Positions 39,446 through 53,010 of a DNA stretch of 64,000 bases are shown piece after piece. The DNA lies in assembly GCF_037042905.1 (NCBI RefSeq), contig NC_087251.1, positions 14,510,001 through 14,574,000 of the forward strand, written 5' to 3'. Origin of the DNA: Lytechinus pictus. Lineage: Eukaryota. How positions within the stretch are numbered: the stretch's first letter is position 1; every line of letters begins with the position of its first letter. The position numbers and the translations under genes are program-made. Below the pieces are notes generated by a model that did not search any database, was not told the origin of the DNA, and was given only the letters and a program-made list of their open reading frames with translations.

Positions 39446-40504
39446 TTGTAGAAGAGCAGTATTAGCTAGTATCATCACTATAACTTTTATTGCTTAGTTG
39501 TTTTTGTTGTTGTTGTCATAGAATGCTGTACTTAATTTATTGATAATGATAACAATAATAACGATGGAAAATTTGGTTCAATCTTATATCCGAAGCAGAT
39601 TAATTTTTGTTATAATTTGATCAATATTAACGCCTGGAAATGAGATATCAAATATCATAATTTATCATCATAGCAATATGTGTAAAGTCAATGAAAGGAG
39701 CTGTAGAGTACCCGTACCCTCATGGACCGGGATTCTGACCGGATACACGTGGCTTGACTGAAATGTTTTTTTGGAAGTATCTGCAGGCGTACTACCCAAG
39801 CTGGGAATTTGTGAAAGGACAATGACAATGACGCCATTCAAATTGAGCCACCCGATTTCTATTCTTTGTGAGATAAATTAATATCTAATTATTGTTTCCT
39901 GATTATCAGTATCTTGAATTTACCCTTACATTATCCCCAAACAAATACTAGTATTGAATTTTTATTTGATTAGTAATAATTCAGGTCGAGATATTAGATA
40001 GTGATTACCGTGCATGATGATAGAGACAGAGAAAGGGAGACAGAGGGGGAGGGAGAGACAAGAGGGGGATAAGAGAAAGAGGTAATAAGGGAGGGAAAAC
40101 AAGGGGAAAGAGAGAGCGGGATGAGTGAATGTTATATGAACATAATAGGAGACTGCTAATAAAACCAGTTCACTCTCAAATTTCTGAATTGTTCATTTGC
40201 ACCCCAAGAGCCGCTTATGATCTTCAACATAAATTTTATCTCAAGGTCCTGAATAACTCAGAAGGTACCTATAAATTCAAAAACGCCTGGCCTTAAAGCG
40301 TCTGGAGCAAAGTTATCTATAAAAGGCTTCAATTACAACTGCTCAAGTAAAGCAGCTACTCTCAGATCCCTTATAGTAATAACATACACATCCGAGGATA
40401 TAAAAATAATAATCCTGTTCCATTTTATCACGTTAAAATACTATTTACTTAAGAAAACTAAATATAAAGGGGCGGTGATTTGGAGTGTTGCTTTTATTTT
40501 CTTT

Positions 40505-41295
40505 AAACAAGTGGAATGCCTCTGGCGGTCGCACCTGCATCACGCGATTCAATATAGCAGCAGTGCTGACTTTGAAAACTACTATCAAATAATTATTCAC
40601 AAAAAACACCATTCATAATTATAATGAAACAATACTACGTTCATTGACATGTGACCTAAAACTTGTCAGTGAAACTTGATTACCCCCTATATCCACATTT
40701 TATACACTATATCTATAAAATTTGAAAGTAATGACAGCAATCTAATAATTACCTCTAAAATGGCCAAAGTTCAATGACCTTACATGACCTTTGACCTTGA
40801 TTATGTGACGCGAAACTTGCACAGGATGTTCAGTGATACTTGATTACTCTTATGTCCAAGTTTCATGAATCAGATCCACTTTCAAAGTTATGATGGTAAT
40901 TCAACAGATACCTCCATTATGGCCAAAGTTCATTGACCTTTGACCTTGGTCATGTGACCTGAAATGCGCACAGGATGTTCAGTGATACTTGATTACTCTT
41001 ATGTCCAAGTTTTATGAACTAGACCAATAAGCTTTCAAAGTTATGATGATAATTCAACAAATACCCCCAACTTGGCCAAAGTTCATTGAACCTAAATGAC
41101 CTTTGACCTTGGTCATGTGACGTGAAACTCAAGCAGGATGTTCAGTAATACTTGATTAACCTTATGTCTAAGTTTCATGAACTAGTTCCGTATATTTTCA
41201 GTTATGATGACATTTCAAAAACTTAACCTTGGGTTAATATTTGGTGTTGACGCCGTCACCGCCGTCGGAAAAGCGGCGCCTAAAGTTTCACTCTC
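40505..41295 (+). mobile_element. Helentron/HINE-like satellite-bearing repeat
   Basis: Starts aaacaagtggaatgcctctggc, has about 3.5 tgacctttgacctt units and the same 3' end as the 34120-37530 copy. Confidence 0.65.
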
Positions 41296-41640
41296 ACTCT
41301 TTTATACAGAAATGTCGCCTTTTTAGGGAATATACATTTCAATAGTTTCTTGATATATATCGATGTTTTTTTTTAAAAAAAAACTTAGTGGGAACCGAGT
41401 TTTTATATCATGGATATGACATTCATCTCATTTTGAATATGCACCAGCTTAATCATAGAAAGATAAACAGTTGGGATGCAAGATTACAAACTGAATTGCT
41501 TTGCTCATCGTTCGTTTTTATGGTTCATCCTTTTTCTTATTTGAATAGATAATTCAATTTCTCCTAGACTTCAGTTTTCTAGTTCACATTTCAACTGCTG
41601 TGTAATTGACTGCGTTTCCCCTAGTCATACTCCGTCATAC

Positions 41641-44130
41641 TAATTTATTTATTTATTTATTTATTTATTTCTGATATTTTGACAGGGTAGCCCATTCACC
41701 AATAAGTAGTGGTCTTCCATGGGGCCCTGAATAACAATAAACATATTTACAAAATGCATAACGTATGTACAGAATGTTACGGCATTAAGATTCACATTAG
41801 GATTTTAATGTAAAACGAAACATTAACAAACTTAGCAGCAAACAAAACGCAGACGGGCACTCGTTTGACGTATAATCAAATATCAATAAATCAAATTAAC
41901 TAAGAACGACATCTTGAAAATACTGATAATATACACCAAATCATCAAGGTCATGCTAACACAAAATACGCACAACAGTGGATGTTCCGCAAGTTATTTAT
42001 AAATTACAAGTTCTTCTAAACATTCTCTTAAATGAAATGACAGAAGGAGCTGTTCTAATTGAATTATCAAGCTTATTCCATTCAAATATTGAAGAAACAA
42101 TTGGACTACACTTATAACTATCAGTGCGAAACTTGGGCACGCGTAAATATCCACTGTCTCTCTGTCTGGTATGATGTTCATGTACATCATTTGGATTGGT
42201 TAAGTTTACCTGAAGGTAAGAAGGTGCTAAATTATGAACACATTTATATATCATCAAAACGCGACTGAGCTCAAATCGTTTGTCTAGTGTCATCCATTTT
42301 AGACTTGCGAACAAATCAGCCGACGGTGTGTCGTATGTCTTGTTTAATATTATTCTTGCAGCCCTCTTCTGAATTTTTTGCAGCTTAATTGTATGGGATT
42401 GAAATCTATTCGACCATACAGCAAAACAGTAATCAAATCTTGGCAACACTAAACTGTTATAAAGCAACTTTAAGGACTACACAGGCAAAGAACTTTTCGC
42501 TCTCTTTATTATGCCAATACTTTTCTGAGTAAGTTTACATACATTTTCAATTTGTTTTGACCATTTCAGTGGTTTATGGTTCATCCTTTTTCTTATTTGA
42601 ATAGATAATTCAATTTCTCCTAGACTTCAGTTTTCTAGTTCACATTTCAACTGCTGTGTAATTGACTGCGTTTCCCCTAGTCATACTCCGTCATACTAAT
42701 TTATTTATTTATTTATTTATTTATTTCTGATATTTTGACAGGGTAGCCCATTCACCAATAAGTAGTGGTCTTCCATGGGGCCCTGAATAACAATAAACAT
42801 ATTTACAAAATGCATAACGTATGTACAGAATGTTACGGCATTAAGATTCACATTAGGATTTTAATGTAAAACGAAACATTAACAAACTTAGCAGCAAACA
42901 AAACGCAGACGGGCACTCGTTTGACGTATAATCAAATATCAATAAATCAAATTAACTAAGAACGACATCTTGAAAATACTGATAATATACACCAAATCAT
43001 CAAGGTCATGCTAACACAAAATACGCACAACAGTGGATGTTCCGCAAGTTATTTATAAATTACAAGTTCTTCTAAACATTCTCTTAAATGAAATGACAGA
43101 AGGAGCTGTTCTAATTGAATTATCAAGCTTATTCCATTCAAATATTGAAGAAACAATTGGACTACACTTATAACTATCAGTGCGAAACTTGGGCACGCGT
43201 AAATATCCACTGTCTCTCTGTCTGGTATGATGTTCATGTACATCATTTGGATTGGTTAAGTTTACCTGAAGGTAAGAAGGTGCTAAATTATGAACACATT
43301 TATATATCATCAAAACGCGACTGAGCTCAAATCGTTTGTCTAGTGTCATCCATTTTAGACTTGCGAACAAATCAGCCGACGGTGTGTCGTATGTCTTGTT
43401 TAATATTATTCTTGCAGCCCTCTTCTGAATTTTTTGCAGCTTAATTGTATGGGATTGAAATCTATTCGACCATACAGCAAAACAGTAATCAAATCTTGGC
43501 AACACTAAACTGCTTTATAAAGCAACTTTAAGGACTACAAAGGCAAAGAACTTTTCGCTCTCTTTATTATGCCAATACTTTTCTGAGTAAGTTTACATAC
43601 ATTTTCAATTTGTTTTGACCATTTCAGTTCTTCATCTATCAAAACTCCTAAGCATTTGGTGAATTGAACTCTATTTATCAAATCACCGTTTAACGAAATC
43701 GTGAAAGAATCTATATTCCTGAGATTAGCACGAGAACCTATTATCATGACACAAGTTTATTTCAGTGTTGAGGACGAGCTGATTATCTTTAATCCATGCC
43801 ATGACCTTGTGTAATGCAACAGTTAATTTTTCTTCCAAAACTGTCGCATCATTCGCACTGACGGTAAGTGTCGTGTCGTCAGCGTACATATCTATGATAC
43901 CTTCATGAATACATTCAGGTAAGCTATTAACATATATTGAAAATAAAAGGGGACCTAGAATTTACCCTTGTGGCACGCCTAATTTGACGATTGAAGGGTG
44001 CGATTTGGCTCCTTTGAATTGTGTCACTTGTTGTCGATCAAATAAATATGATTTGAACCAAGTGATAGTCCTATTACTACAACCAATGCAAGCTAATTTC
44101 TTTAAAAGCAGCTCATGGTCCACGGTATCA
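41641..44130 (-). mobile_element. 5'-truncated L2/CR1-group LINE with its 3' part tandemly duplicated
   Basis: Minus-strand motifs 'DTVDHELLLKKL', 'GVPQG', YADDT (~43875-43890), 'KCLGVLIDEELKW', 'LYNSLVLPRFDYC..VW', 'LQKIQKRAARII'. (AAAT)n tails at ~41645 and ~42700. Repeat offset 1056 bp. Confidence 0.9.
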
Positions 44131-44912
44131 ATTCCTTGTAAAGCGCTTTGCACAGTGCATATTTGCAGCATTGCTTATGATCGACAAGAGCCAGGGATAT
44201 TTTTATGCAGATTAATTGCCATAGAGCATATACTTAAATGACATTTTACACTAGCGCTTAATATTGATATAAATAAAATGTTTGTTTTCTGATTTCTTCT
44301 TCAAGTGCATGGCATTCGTGGCGTGTTAGTCATAATACCACTTATTTGTTGTTACTTTGTCGCTTTTGTCTTGTAAACAGAATTTCTGATACTCTTCTGA
44401 CAATTAGTCGATATTCAAAGGTCTGGTGATTTTTGATAATCCTGCTTACATTCATTTACCCCTACAGAGTCACTGTCCTAAAGTCAAACACTTCTCTTCA
44501 TTAATCTTCATATTATACCAAGATCAGCTCGGCTGTGGAATTCACTTCCCGCCACGACATTTCCTTTAGCTCCCAACATGGTCAGATTTACGAAAAGTGT
44601 TAATTCTTATTTAATTAGCTTGATGTAAAACCTTGTACTTTCAAATTTAATATAGTTTATCATGTGGCACTCTTCATAGACCACTTTTAGTCATTTAATG
44701 ATGGCAACATCAGGCCCAAAGAACAATCTAAAAAAAAAATCATTCATCCGACTGAATGACGTACATTCGCTCGGTGTTTAAATGGGTACTGTGGTGCGAG
44801 AGTGTGTGCGTACGGGCATGTACGTGTGTGCCCATTTGCGCACCTATACTGTCTGAACCAAAGTCTGAACGCTATTCCGGTTTTTTTCCATGAAGTTCCA
44901 ATTATCAATTAA

Positions 44913-44926
44913 AACTACTACTACTT

Positions 44927-44961
<35 letters not shown>

Positions 44962-45058
44962 ACTTCTACTACTACTACTACTACTGCTGCTGCTACTACT
45001 ACTACTACTGCTGCTACTACTACTACTACTATTGCTACTACTACTACTGCTACTACTG
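44913..45058. repeat. (CTA)n/(CTG)n microsatellite
   Basis: Direct reading. Confidence 0.95.
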
Positions 45059-45566
45059 CGTATCGATAGAGCTATTGATGTATCTTTAAAGTGCGTAGAG
45101 ACGTCGTTCCGATGTATTTACGTGCTTTATAAAAGTAGATTATTATTATCATATTATTTTATAATGAATAATATTAGGTATTACTTTATCGGTAATCATA
45201 CCCACGCTCGATTCGGGTTGCCGAAAACTACATTCACATACTTGTTAAAACATCATATAACTGCATTTAGGCCTGTTTTAAATATCCACTTTTCTGTTTA
45301 AGATGACAGTGAACGGGGAAAATTTATGATGAAAATGCAACAGATGTTTCCTTTTTTTTCAACAAATGCTTAAGTAGAAATAAACACGAAATATAAGCTA
45401 ATACTTATTCATAATATGATTAAAAAACAACTAACACAGTACATCTACATTGCAATCTTCATAAATATAAATTCAATATAACGAGCAATGTTTTTTTTAT
45501 TAAGTTCGCATTGCTCTTTTTCTATCTACTCAAAATCAAATACTGTGTAAAAAGACACACGTTATA

Positions 45567-46896
45567 CAGTGCGTTTCAGAAAAAAGAAGGCTATCCAAAT
45601 CTAGGGAGTCGTTATTTAACGCCCATTTAATTCTATACAATTATTTTTGTTGGATATGAAAGAGGAACTCCTCAGATTTCCATTCTTTTCATTGATACCC
45701 TTTAGTACCAGTTGTGTCACGCATGACCAAATTAATTGATGTTGAAGACAACAGATGCAGATACCACTTTTTCCAAGTTTTTGGAAAACTTGATGAAAGG
45801 GCAGAGGCTGACGTAACTACTTTCATCAATGCCTGAGTTGGCAACAATCTTTGATTGGACCCTTTTCCTTCCAAGGGAGTGTAAATGGGCGAATGTAATT
45901 GCATGTCATAACGAGGAGATCGTACCACAGTTGTATATGTTCTTTTTTCTCGTTGCAGGGCCTCTTTGTATAAATGGGGGCCGTTTCATAAAGCTGTTCG
46001 TAAGATAAGAGCGAATTTAAGAACGACTGGTGAACCTTTCTTACGCGCTAAATCATCGCCAATGAATATACCATTTACCACAAGAAATGATCACCAGTCG
46101 TTCTTAAAGTCGCTCTTAACTTACGAACAGCTTTATGAAACACCCACCAGGTCTATAACTGAAAGGGCTACCCTGCGTAAATAAAACTGAAATAAATAAA
46201 TAAATAAGTTGGACGAACATTTTCAAAGACAAGTTCAAGGAGTGTAGCATCTTGGTGGATTCAGGATGGCACTCCTGCCCATCGTTCCACTATCATCCGT
46301 GATATACTCAGAAAACTCTTTGGACATCGAGTTGTTGCCCTCAACCATGACGTAGAATGGCCATCAAGATCATATGACCTCATGCCCTGGGATTATTTCC
46401 TTTGGGGACACTTAAAACAAGGTGTTCGCAAGTCCGCCCCAAGATCTTAATGATTTGCAGGGCCGAATTCGACATGAGGTGGATGCTTTGCGCAAAGAGA
46501 CGAGCTGTTCAAGATATCCTTCCACGCTGCCGGCCTTGTGTGCAAAGGAGAGGATGACATGTTGAAGGTGTGGGTGAATAAGACATTAACCTTTCAGTCA
46601 TCATTTCAGAGGAATACCTTGACTTATCATTCCAAAAACAAATTTGAAAGCCTCAAAACATCCTGTTATGATTCTTATCAAGCGCACATGTTACGCATTT
46701 TACCAAAACATGGAAAAAGTGGTATCTGCACCTGTTGTCTTCAACATCAATTGATTCAGTCATGCGTGACAAAAAGGTATCAATTGAAAGCTGAGGAGTT
46801 TCTCTTTCATGTCCATGCATAATAATTTCACGAAATGAAATATGATTCGAATATTAGCCCTCTAGATTTGGATTACCTTCTTTCTGAAACACACTG
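45567..46896 (+). mobile_element. Decayed Tc1/mariner element of DD41D (rosa-like) type
   Basis: TA|cagtgcgtttcagaaa..tccaaatctag ... ctagatttgga..tttctgaaacacactg|TA. Remnant frame from 46262 reads QDGTPAHR...EWPSRSYDLMPWDYFLWGHLK, with 41 residues between the two Asp. Confidence 0.8.
45976..46145. mobile_element. Short palindromic MITE (Harbinger-like); second copy at ~47082-47262
   Basis: gtttcataaagctgttcgtaag..aagaacgactggtga ... tcaccagtcgttctt..cttacgaacagctttatgaaac. Confidence 0.8.
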
Positions 46897-49130
46897 TATA
46901 TGATTAGAAAACTGTACAGGCAAATCAGATTTTCATAAATATGTTTATACAACTACTGATAATATTATGCAACATTTATTTAGCGCGTAATACAATGTTG
47001 CTGAGCGCTGCAGACTATTATCCCGGCTTTAGTACAGCTACCTTGATCAGGTGCTACCGGATTCCCATTTACTACACAAGGAGGGGATTCCATAAAGCTG
47101 TTCGTAAGTTGAGAGCGACTTTAAGAACGACTGGTGAAACTTTCTTGCGCACAAAATAATCACCAATGAACATTTAATGGTGAATATCATTTACCACAAC
47201 TAAATATCACCAATCGTTCTTAAAGTCGTTCTTAACTTACGAACAGCTATATGAAACGCCCCCCCCCCCCCCCTGATGGAGAGTGGCAAATGTAGATACG
47301 CGAGTGCCATGTAGTCAAGCAAGCTAACAAACGTTGCAATAAGATGAAATCTATTTCAGTATATTGAATAAGAGATTTCTGTTTATCAAAGAGTTCTGCA
47401 GACTTTGTCTGATGATATTTGTTTACATATTCCGATTCGAATCATCACTCTTATCACATGTTTGGCCGATCACGACAATTGTGCATTCAAATCAGGTAAA
47501 CATGCCACACATCTTTTCAGATTACAGAACCTTAAATGATAATTACCAAACAATATCATGGTATAGATACTTACATATATATACAAGTGAAATTGTGTAT
47601 CCAAGCGAGAGATTGCTCCCCGCCTTTCAATCTGCTCTCCCGTCCTTCTTCGTGGTAAGAAATTCCTCGTCTTGAACAGTAGATTCAAGAAACTAGAAGA
47701 GAGCGCCGTAGGTTTTGAGCCGTTTTTTCCTGCTTGGTTTAATGTCAAGCGCAGTCTTTCTTTCCCCACAATCTCTAGTTTAGCCTCCTAGCCTTTTACC
47801 CATAGGCATTGGAGATATCAAAAGAGGAGGGGGAAATGATAAATGGCAGGTTTTCCTCGTTCTCTATCCTATGGTGATCACTTCTCCGTATATTTTATTC
47901 ATGACAGTGAGACGTTTAAAATGATCGTTCATTATTTTTTCTTTCCTATCTAACGTTATTTCGCGACACGGACAGTCGGGGTTTTTAGCGATCATTTATT
48001 CGCCGAGAATTATTCTATGCATGCACACACACAGAACTACCTCTACCCACGCATAGAGAAGTCATCAACGTATGGCTAACAAAGATCTCAAGACAAAATG
48101 TGACGTCACACATTTTCGCCATGATCAAGCAGGGCCCGTGGCTTTTCCTCCGATGGACCTATATATCCGATAATTGGTTTTAAAACAATTAAGCCCGAAG
48201 TTTACAGGATAAATTAAAAATTGCACCTCAATCTGAAAAGCTAGTGCAAAACAAATTGTTTAATACTAGAAATAATGTGAACTGCCCATCAATTTAAGTG
48301 AAGCATGTTTTCCTCACCTTACCTTTTTTGTTCATTGATCTATTTTGTTCAAATCATATCTTTTTAAACTAATATAGTACGGTGCGTACTTTCCAATTGA
48401 ATACCCATGTAATATCTGAAACATACTTTTGTATGATCCTTATTCACTATAACTGTTTTCCTGGGGAGACAAGACAAGTATAGGTTATTTAAAGGATAAA
48501 AGGGAATGAGTTGTGACACTTTATAGGCATTTCTTGTGTGCAAATGTGCAACTAAAAAGGGAGTGTTTTATGCTAAAACAGCTCCCCCCCCCCTCCCTGC
48601 GTACTGCCGTACCCCGACTCAGCTGCAAAAAAGTTTGAAATAATAATCGTTACAAATGCCTTGTTCTTGGGTCTCTATTTCAAGGGAAAATACAAAGGTC
48701 GCATACTTCTAATTACATACAAGAGACAATATTACATACTGTCAAATTATTCTAAATACTACTTTTAGTGCCATACATCGAAACGATTGAAAGTTAGCAT
48801 GTACAAAAAATACACATAGTTTGTAAGCATTGTATCCATATTCTTTATTTATGAGGGGATACTAGCTGATACATATGACTTTATATGAAAGAGAGTGGTG
48901 ATTTGAAGAAAATAGATGTTTACCTACCGTTGAATTGACTTTTCTAGGGCAGGTTATACGCACACAAGAAACTAGACTTATCTTTGTTTCCAAAATTGAT
49001 ATTAAATTTAGACGGGAATATTTCAGAATTACAATTGGATGCACGTGTCATTCCATTTGTGTGTGGAATTTACAGCGGAACAATTGTCGCCCAAGCAAAA
49101 GTAATGGAACCAAATTTTAGAGATTGGAAA

Positions 49131-49323
49131 CTAGTTTGAAAGAAATCCATTTGTTTGTGTATTATGCACTGTAGTAGTAGTATTGACGACCTCCGTCTAT
49201 ATCCTAAGATTACAGGTCCTTGGGATGCGCAATATACTGACCTGTGATCTAAGGATGTAGACGGAGGTCGTCAATACTACTACAGTGCAGAATACACCAA
49301 CAAGTGAATTTCTTTCAAAATAG
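49131..49323. repeat. ~190-bp imperfect hairpin
   Basis: gcactgtagtagtagtattgacgacctccgtct..caggtc / gacctg..agacggaggtcgtcaatactactacagtgc, with outer tttgaaagaaat / atttctttcaaa. Confidence 0.9.
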
Positions 49324-50169
49324 ATTTGAATTTGTAAAATGTGTAGTTACATATAGTATTGCAAAGCGATGCAACATCTTTGGTATGATAAACAACTAAC
49401 ATTAATGGTATTAGCCTTACTAGCTAGATGAAATAATGAGTTGGAGAAGTTTTTCCAAGGATTATCAAAGGTTACATCGAAGGCTGAAAGAAGATGGCAA
49501 TGATAAGGTCGAGAAGCGGTCCGTGTTGGTGCTAATAAACTAATGCAATAAATACACTAACTATCGTAATATCCAGACACTAAAAATCTAACAAGAAGCG
49601 GATATACTGTACACAATCACGTACAATCTGCCGCGTTGGGTTTTAGCTCTAATTGCGTAGTTAGATTCAGCCGAATGGCGTGTTTATCGTGAAGTATCCC
49701 GAACCAATATATCAATTAATAGAAAGGTTGTGTTGTCACGGCAAGGATCAAGCATGTCTCTTCAGCATTAGCGAGACAGTCCTACTACGGGCAGCTGTTC
49801 TTATCTTGATTAATCAAGGTCTGCTGACATCCCCTTTTCCTCCCTGATTGTCTCCCTCGTCTTGTTAGAGTACCAAATACAAAATTCTGGTCAAGGCCAT
49901 GAATAACAGTTTCCTTTTAAATCATAATTTTAGAATATGAAACGATATCACATGGAAGCGCTTTGCTCATTCGCAAAACCTGATATCCCAATATTATTGA
50001 GCAATACACAAGAGTTGATTCAGCACTTTTTCCAAATTTAATAAATAAATTTAGTTGTCCTTCTTTGTATTGTCATTTTTTCATTTCATAAGTCTAACAC
50101 GATCTATCTCGAAGTCATATAAAAATGTATACTAGTATTTGAACTTTAAGTTATAAAGAATGTATTTAA

Positions 50170-50768
50170 AGGTCAAGTCCACCACAGAAAAAAGTTGTTT
50201 TGAATCAACAGAGAAAAATCAGACAAGCATAATGCTGAAAATTTCATCAAAATTGGGTGTAAAATAAGAAAGTTATGACATTTTGAAATTTCGCTTATTT
50301 TTCACAAAATAGTTATGTGCACAATTTACCCCCACATGCATATGAAAGAATCGATGATGTCCCTCACTCACTATTTATTTTGTCTTTTATTGTTTGAATT
50401 ATACAATATTTCAATTTTTACAGATTTGACAATAAGGACCAACTTGACTTAACCATATAATGTTAAGCAATAGTAACTCCACATGTTTAATGAGAAGTAA
50501 AACTTTATTTCACAGGACAATGAGGAGAAAATTAGAATATTTCATATTTCAAATAATAAAATACAAAAGAAAAAGTGAGTGAGTGATGTCATCAGTTCCC
50601 TCATTTGCATACCGACCAGGATGTGCATATAACTATTATGTGAAATTAAGCGAAACTTAAAATAGTCATAACTTTCATATTTTACATCCGATTTTGATGA
50701 AATTTTCAGTGTTATGCTCGTTGGATTTTTCTCTTTTTAATCAAATCAACTTTTCGTTGGGGTGTCCT
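50170..50768. mobile_element. TTAA-flanked MITE (same family as 25854-26456)
   Basis: ttaa|aggtcaagtccacc ... gggtgtcct|ttaa with long TIRs. Confidence 0.85.
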
Positions 50769-52069
50769 TTAAGTAATATTTTTTTTTTTTTTTTTTTTGG
50801 GGGGGGGAGTTGTTCTTAAGAAAGACAGTATCCCTAGAGATAATTGCTCTTTGTTGAGGATGCATTAAAATGTATGCCTTATTAAGAGATAATAACAATT
50901 AATGGTGGATTATGAGGATGGATGATGGTGTGTGTGTTAGTTTGCATATGTGTGTGTGCGAGAGCGTGGGTGTATGTGTGGGTGAGGGTGTGTGAAGAGA
51001 GAGAGATGGGGTAGTGTCTGTTTGTTTTACAATTAGTCTGTAAGGTTTATGCACGTTGTATTTTCTACTTAATAATCAGGTATTCAATCTAACGAGGTAC
51101 AGTGGGGTGGCCTATACGACGTCCCACGTTATGAAGAAAAGGAAACTTAACGGCAATGCGGAAGCTAGACGTCGACAGTCTGCATTTAAATATGGGCGTA
51201 ATGAATACTCTGTGTAACGTTACAATCCATGATTATATTATATCATGTCTTATGGCGCTTACTTTTGGCAACTGGTGAAGAGCATCGTGAATTATTCAGA
51301 AGTGTGTATTTCACCTCGGTATCATGCAGACGCAGAAAAATAGGAGCTTCGGGGATCAAAACGTATCAATGTTTGCTTGACATGACATGTATCTGATGAC
51401 ACTGGTGGCGGTAATTTATTGATGTGACCTGGGGACGGAGTGGTAATGGTTCTTTGAAAACACGACATTGGACCAAGCTCAGATATAATAATCGGTGAAA
51501 TAACGCCTGAGGAATAGTTTACTCTTATAATTCAAACGTCTCTGTTTGTATCTTTTATCCCCCAAAGTAACAAAACAAAAATTCAAAGATGTCCTCCCTC
51601 AAAATGTCATTGATTAATCAATTAATTAATAAACAAACACCCAAAACACACATTTTAAGAGATGCTTATGAAGTAGAGGTAGGATGATCTTTAAAGACCA
51701 AAAATGCTTCTGCAAAAAGCTCATTTGAACAATACAAATGGTGTTTGAATAAGTAACAGTAGAAATAAGCACTTTAGAATGAAATTATTATATTCAACAG
51801 ATTTTGAAATTTACTTGGAATATCCAAACATATATCGATATTTAATAATTGGAGGCAAACTATATCCAAAAATCAACCAAGTTTTTAAATCCGAAATTAA
51901 AAATAATAGGTCCCTCTCCCGCACATTTATCTGTACACAACCCAATCAACATACTACATCTGTCTTTGTAAATCATATAATCCTATTTATTTTCAATTCA
52001 AGAATCTACATGGTGGAAAGAGAAGTATTTTGCAGTGCACCTAGTTAAGTGGTAACAAGTTTTAAAAAG

Positions 52070-53010
52070 TTCAATGTATAGTTTATATCCAGAGTGAATC
52101 ATACAAAAATTTCCATCAGTTTGAAGTTGTCTTGTCTGAAGTATGAACTTTTAATCATTCATTTATTAATATGTCCTTATAGAGTAATTCTCCCCCTCAT
52201 ATTTTGGTGCCATTTCAATGTGGATCTTTGCATGCATGAATGACTACGCGACAATCTTCAGAAGGTTGTAAAATATCAGTTGCGCCAAGTTACTAAGTTG
52301 ATAATGAAACAAATTGAGGAAAAAGGTTAATTGCGTGCACGCAAAAAGACACTAACCCATCCTTCCAAGCACAGACGGACACACCCCATTCGTTAATACA
52401 CACACACACCCATAGACACCCCCAAACACAACGCACCATCCTACCGACACACCCAACACCTACCGAACACCCACCCATACTCCATTAGTGACATCATACA
52501 AATCAGGCAAGCCGTTTTAAAGGTAGATACTTGTATAACAATACGACAGTTGATCAACGAAAGACATAACCAATGAATTAGGGGGAAACAGGGAAAGGTA
52601 ATTTGCTTTATAAAATGTTTATGAAGTTTTTAGGAAGCGAGTGTGTGGGTGAATGTGTGAATGTACGTCGGCGAGAGAGCGGGCGAGAGAGGTGATAAGC
52701 GAGGGTTATGTGAGTGAGGGTATGTGTGTGTAAAGATTGGTAGGTATCTTTCTGCGTGCACTCAATTGTTTTTTACACTTTGTTCCATTCTTCTCCCATC
52801 AATTATGATTTTACGACCCTTTGGAGATTGTCTGGTAGTCAGTCAGTCGTGGAAAGATCTATTTGAAAATGGTACCAAAATATTAAGGGAGGCTAATTCT
52901 ATTATAAAATACTAATTAATAAATGATTAAATGTTCATACTTCAGACAAGACAACTTCAAACTGATGGGACATTTGTCTCTGACTCATTCTTTACATGCA
53001 TACTGTTGAA
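52070..53010. repeat. Old, diverged long inverted repeat (fold-back element)
   Basis: ccatcagtttgaagttgtcttgtctgaagtatgaac (52113) pairs with gttcatacttcagacaagacaacttcaaactgatgg (52933); further matching blocks run inward. Confidence 0.75.

Noticed and set aside
39162..39497. Poly-Ser, poly-Val and poly-Leu ORFs
   Set aside because: Translations of an (AGT)n microsatellite.
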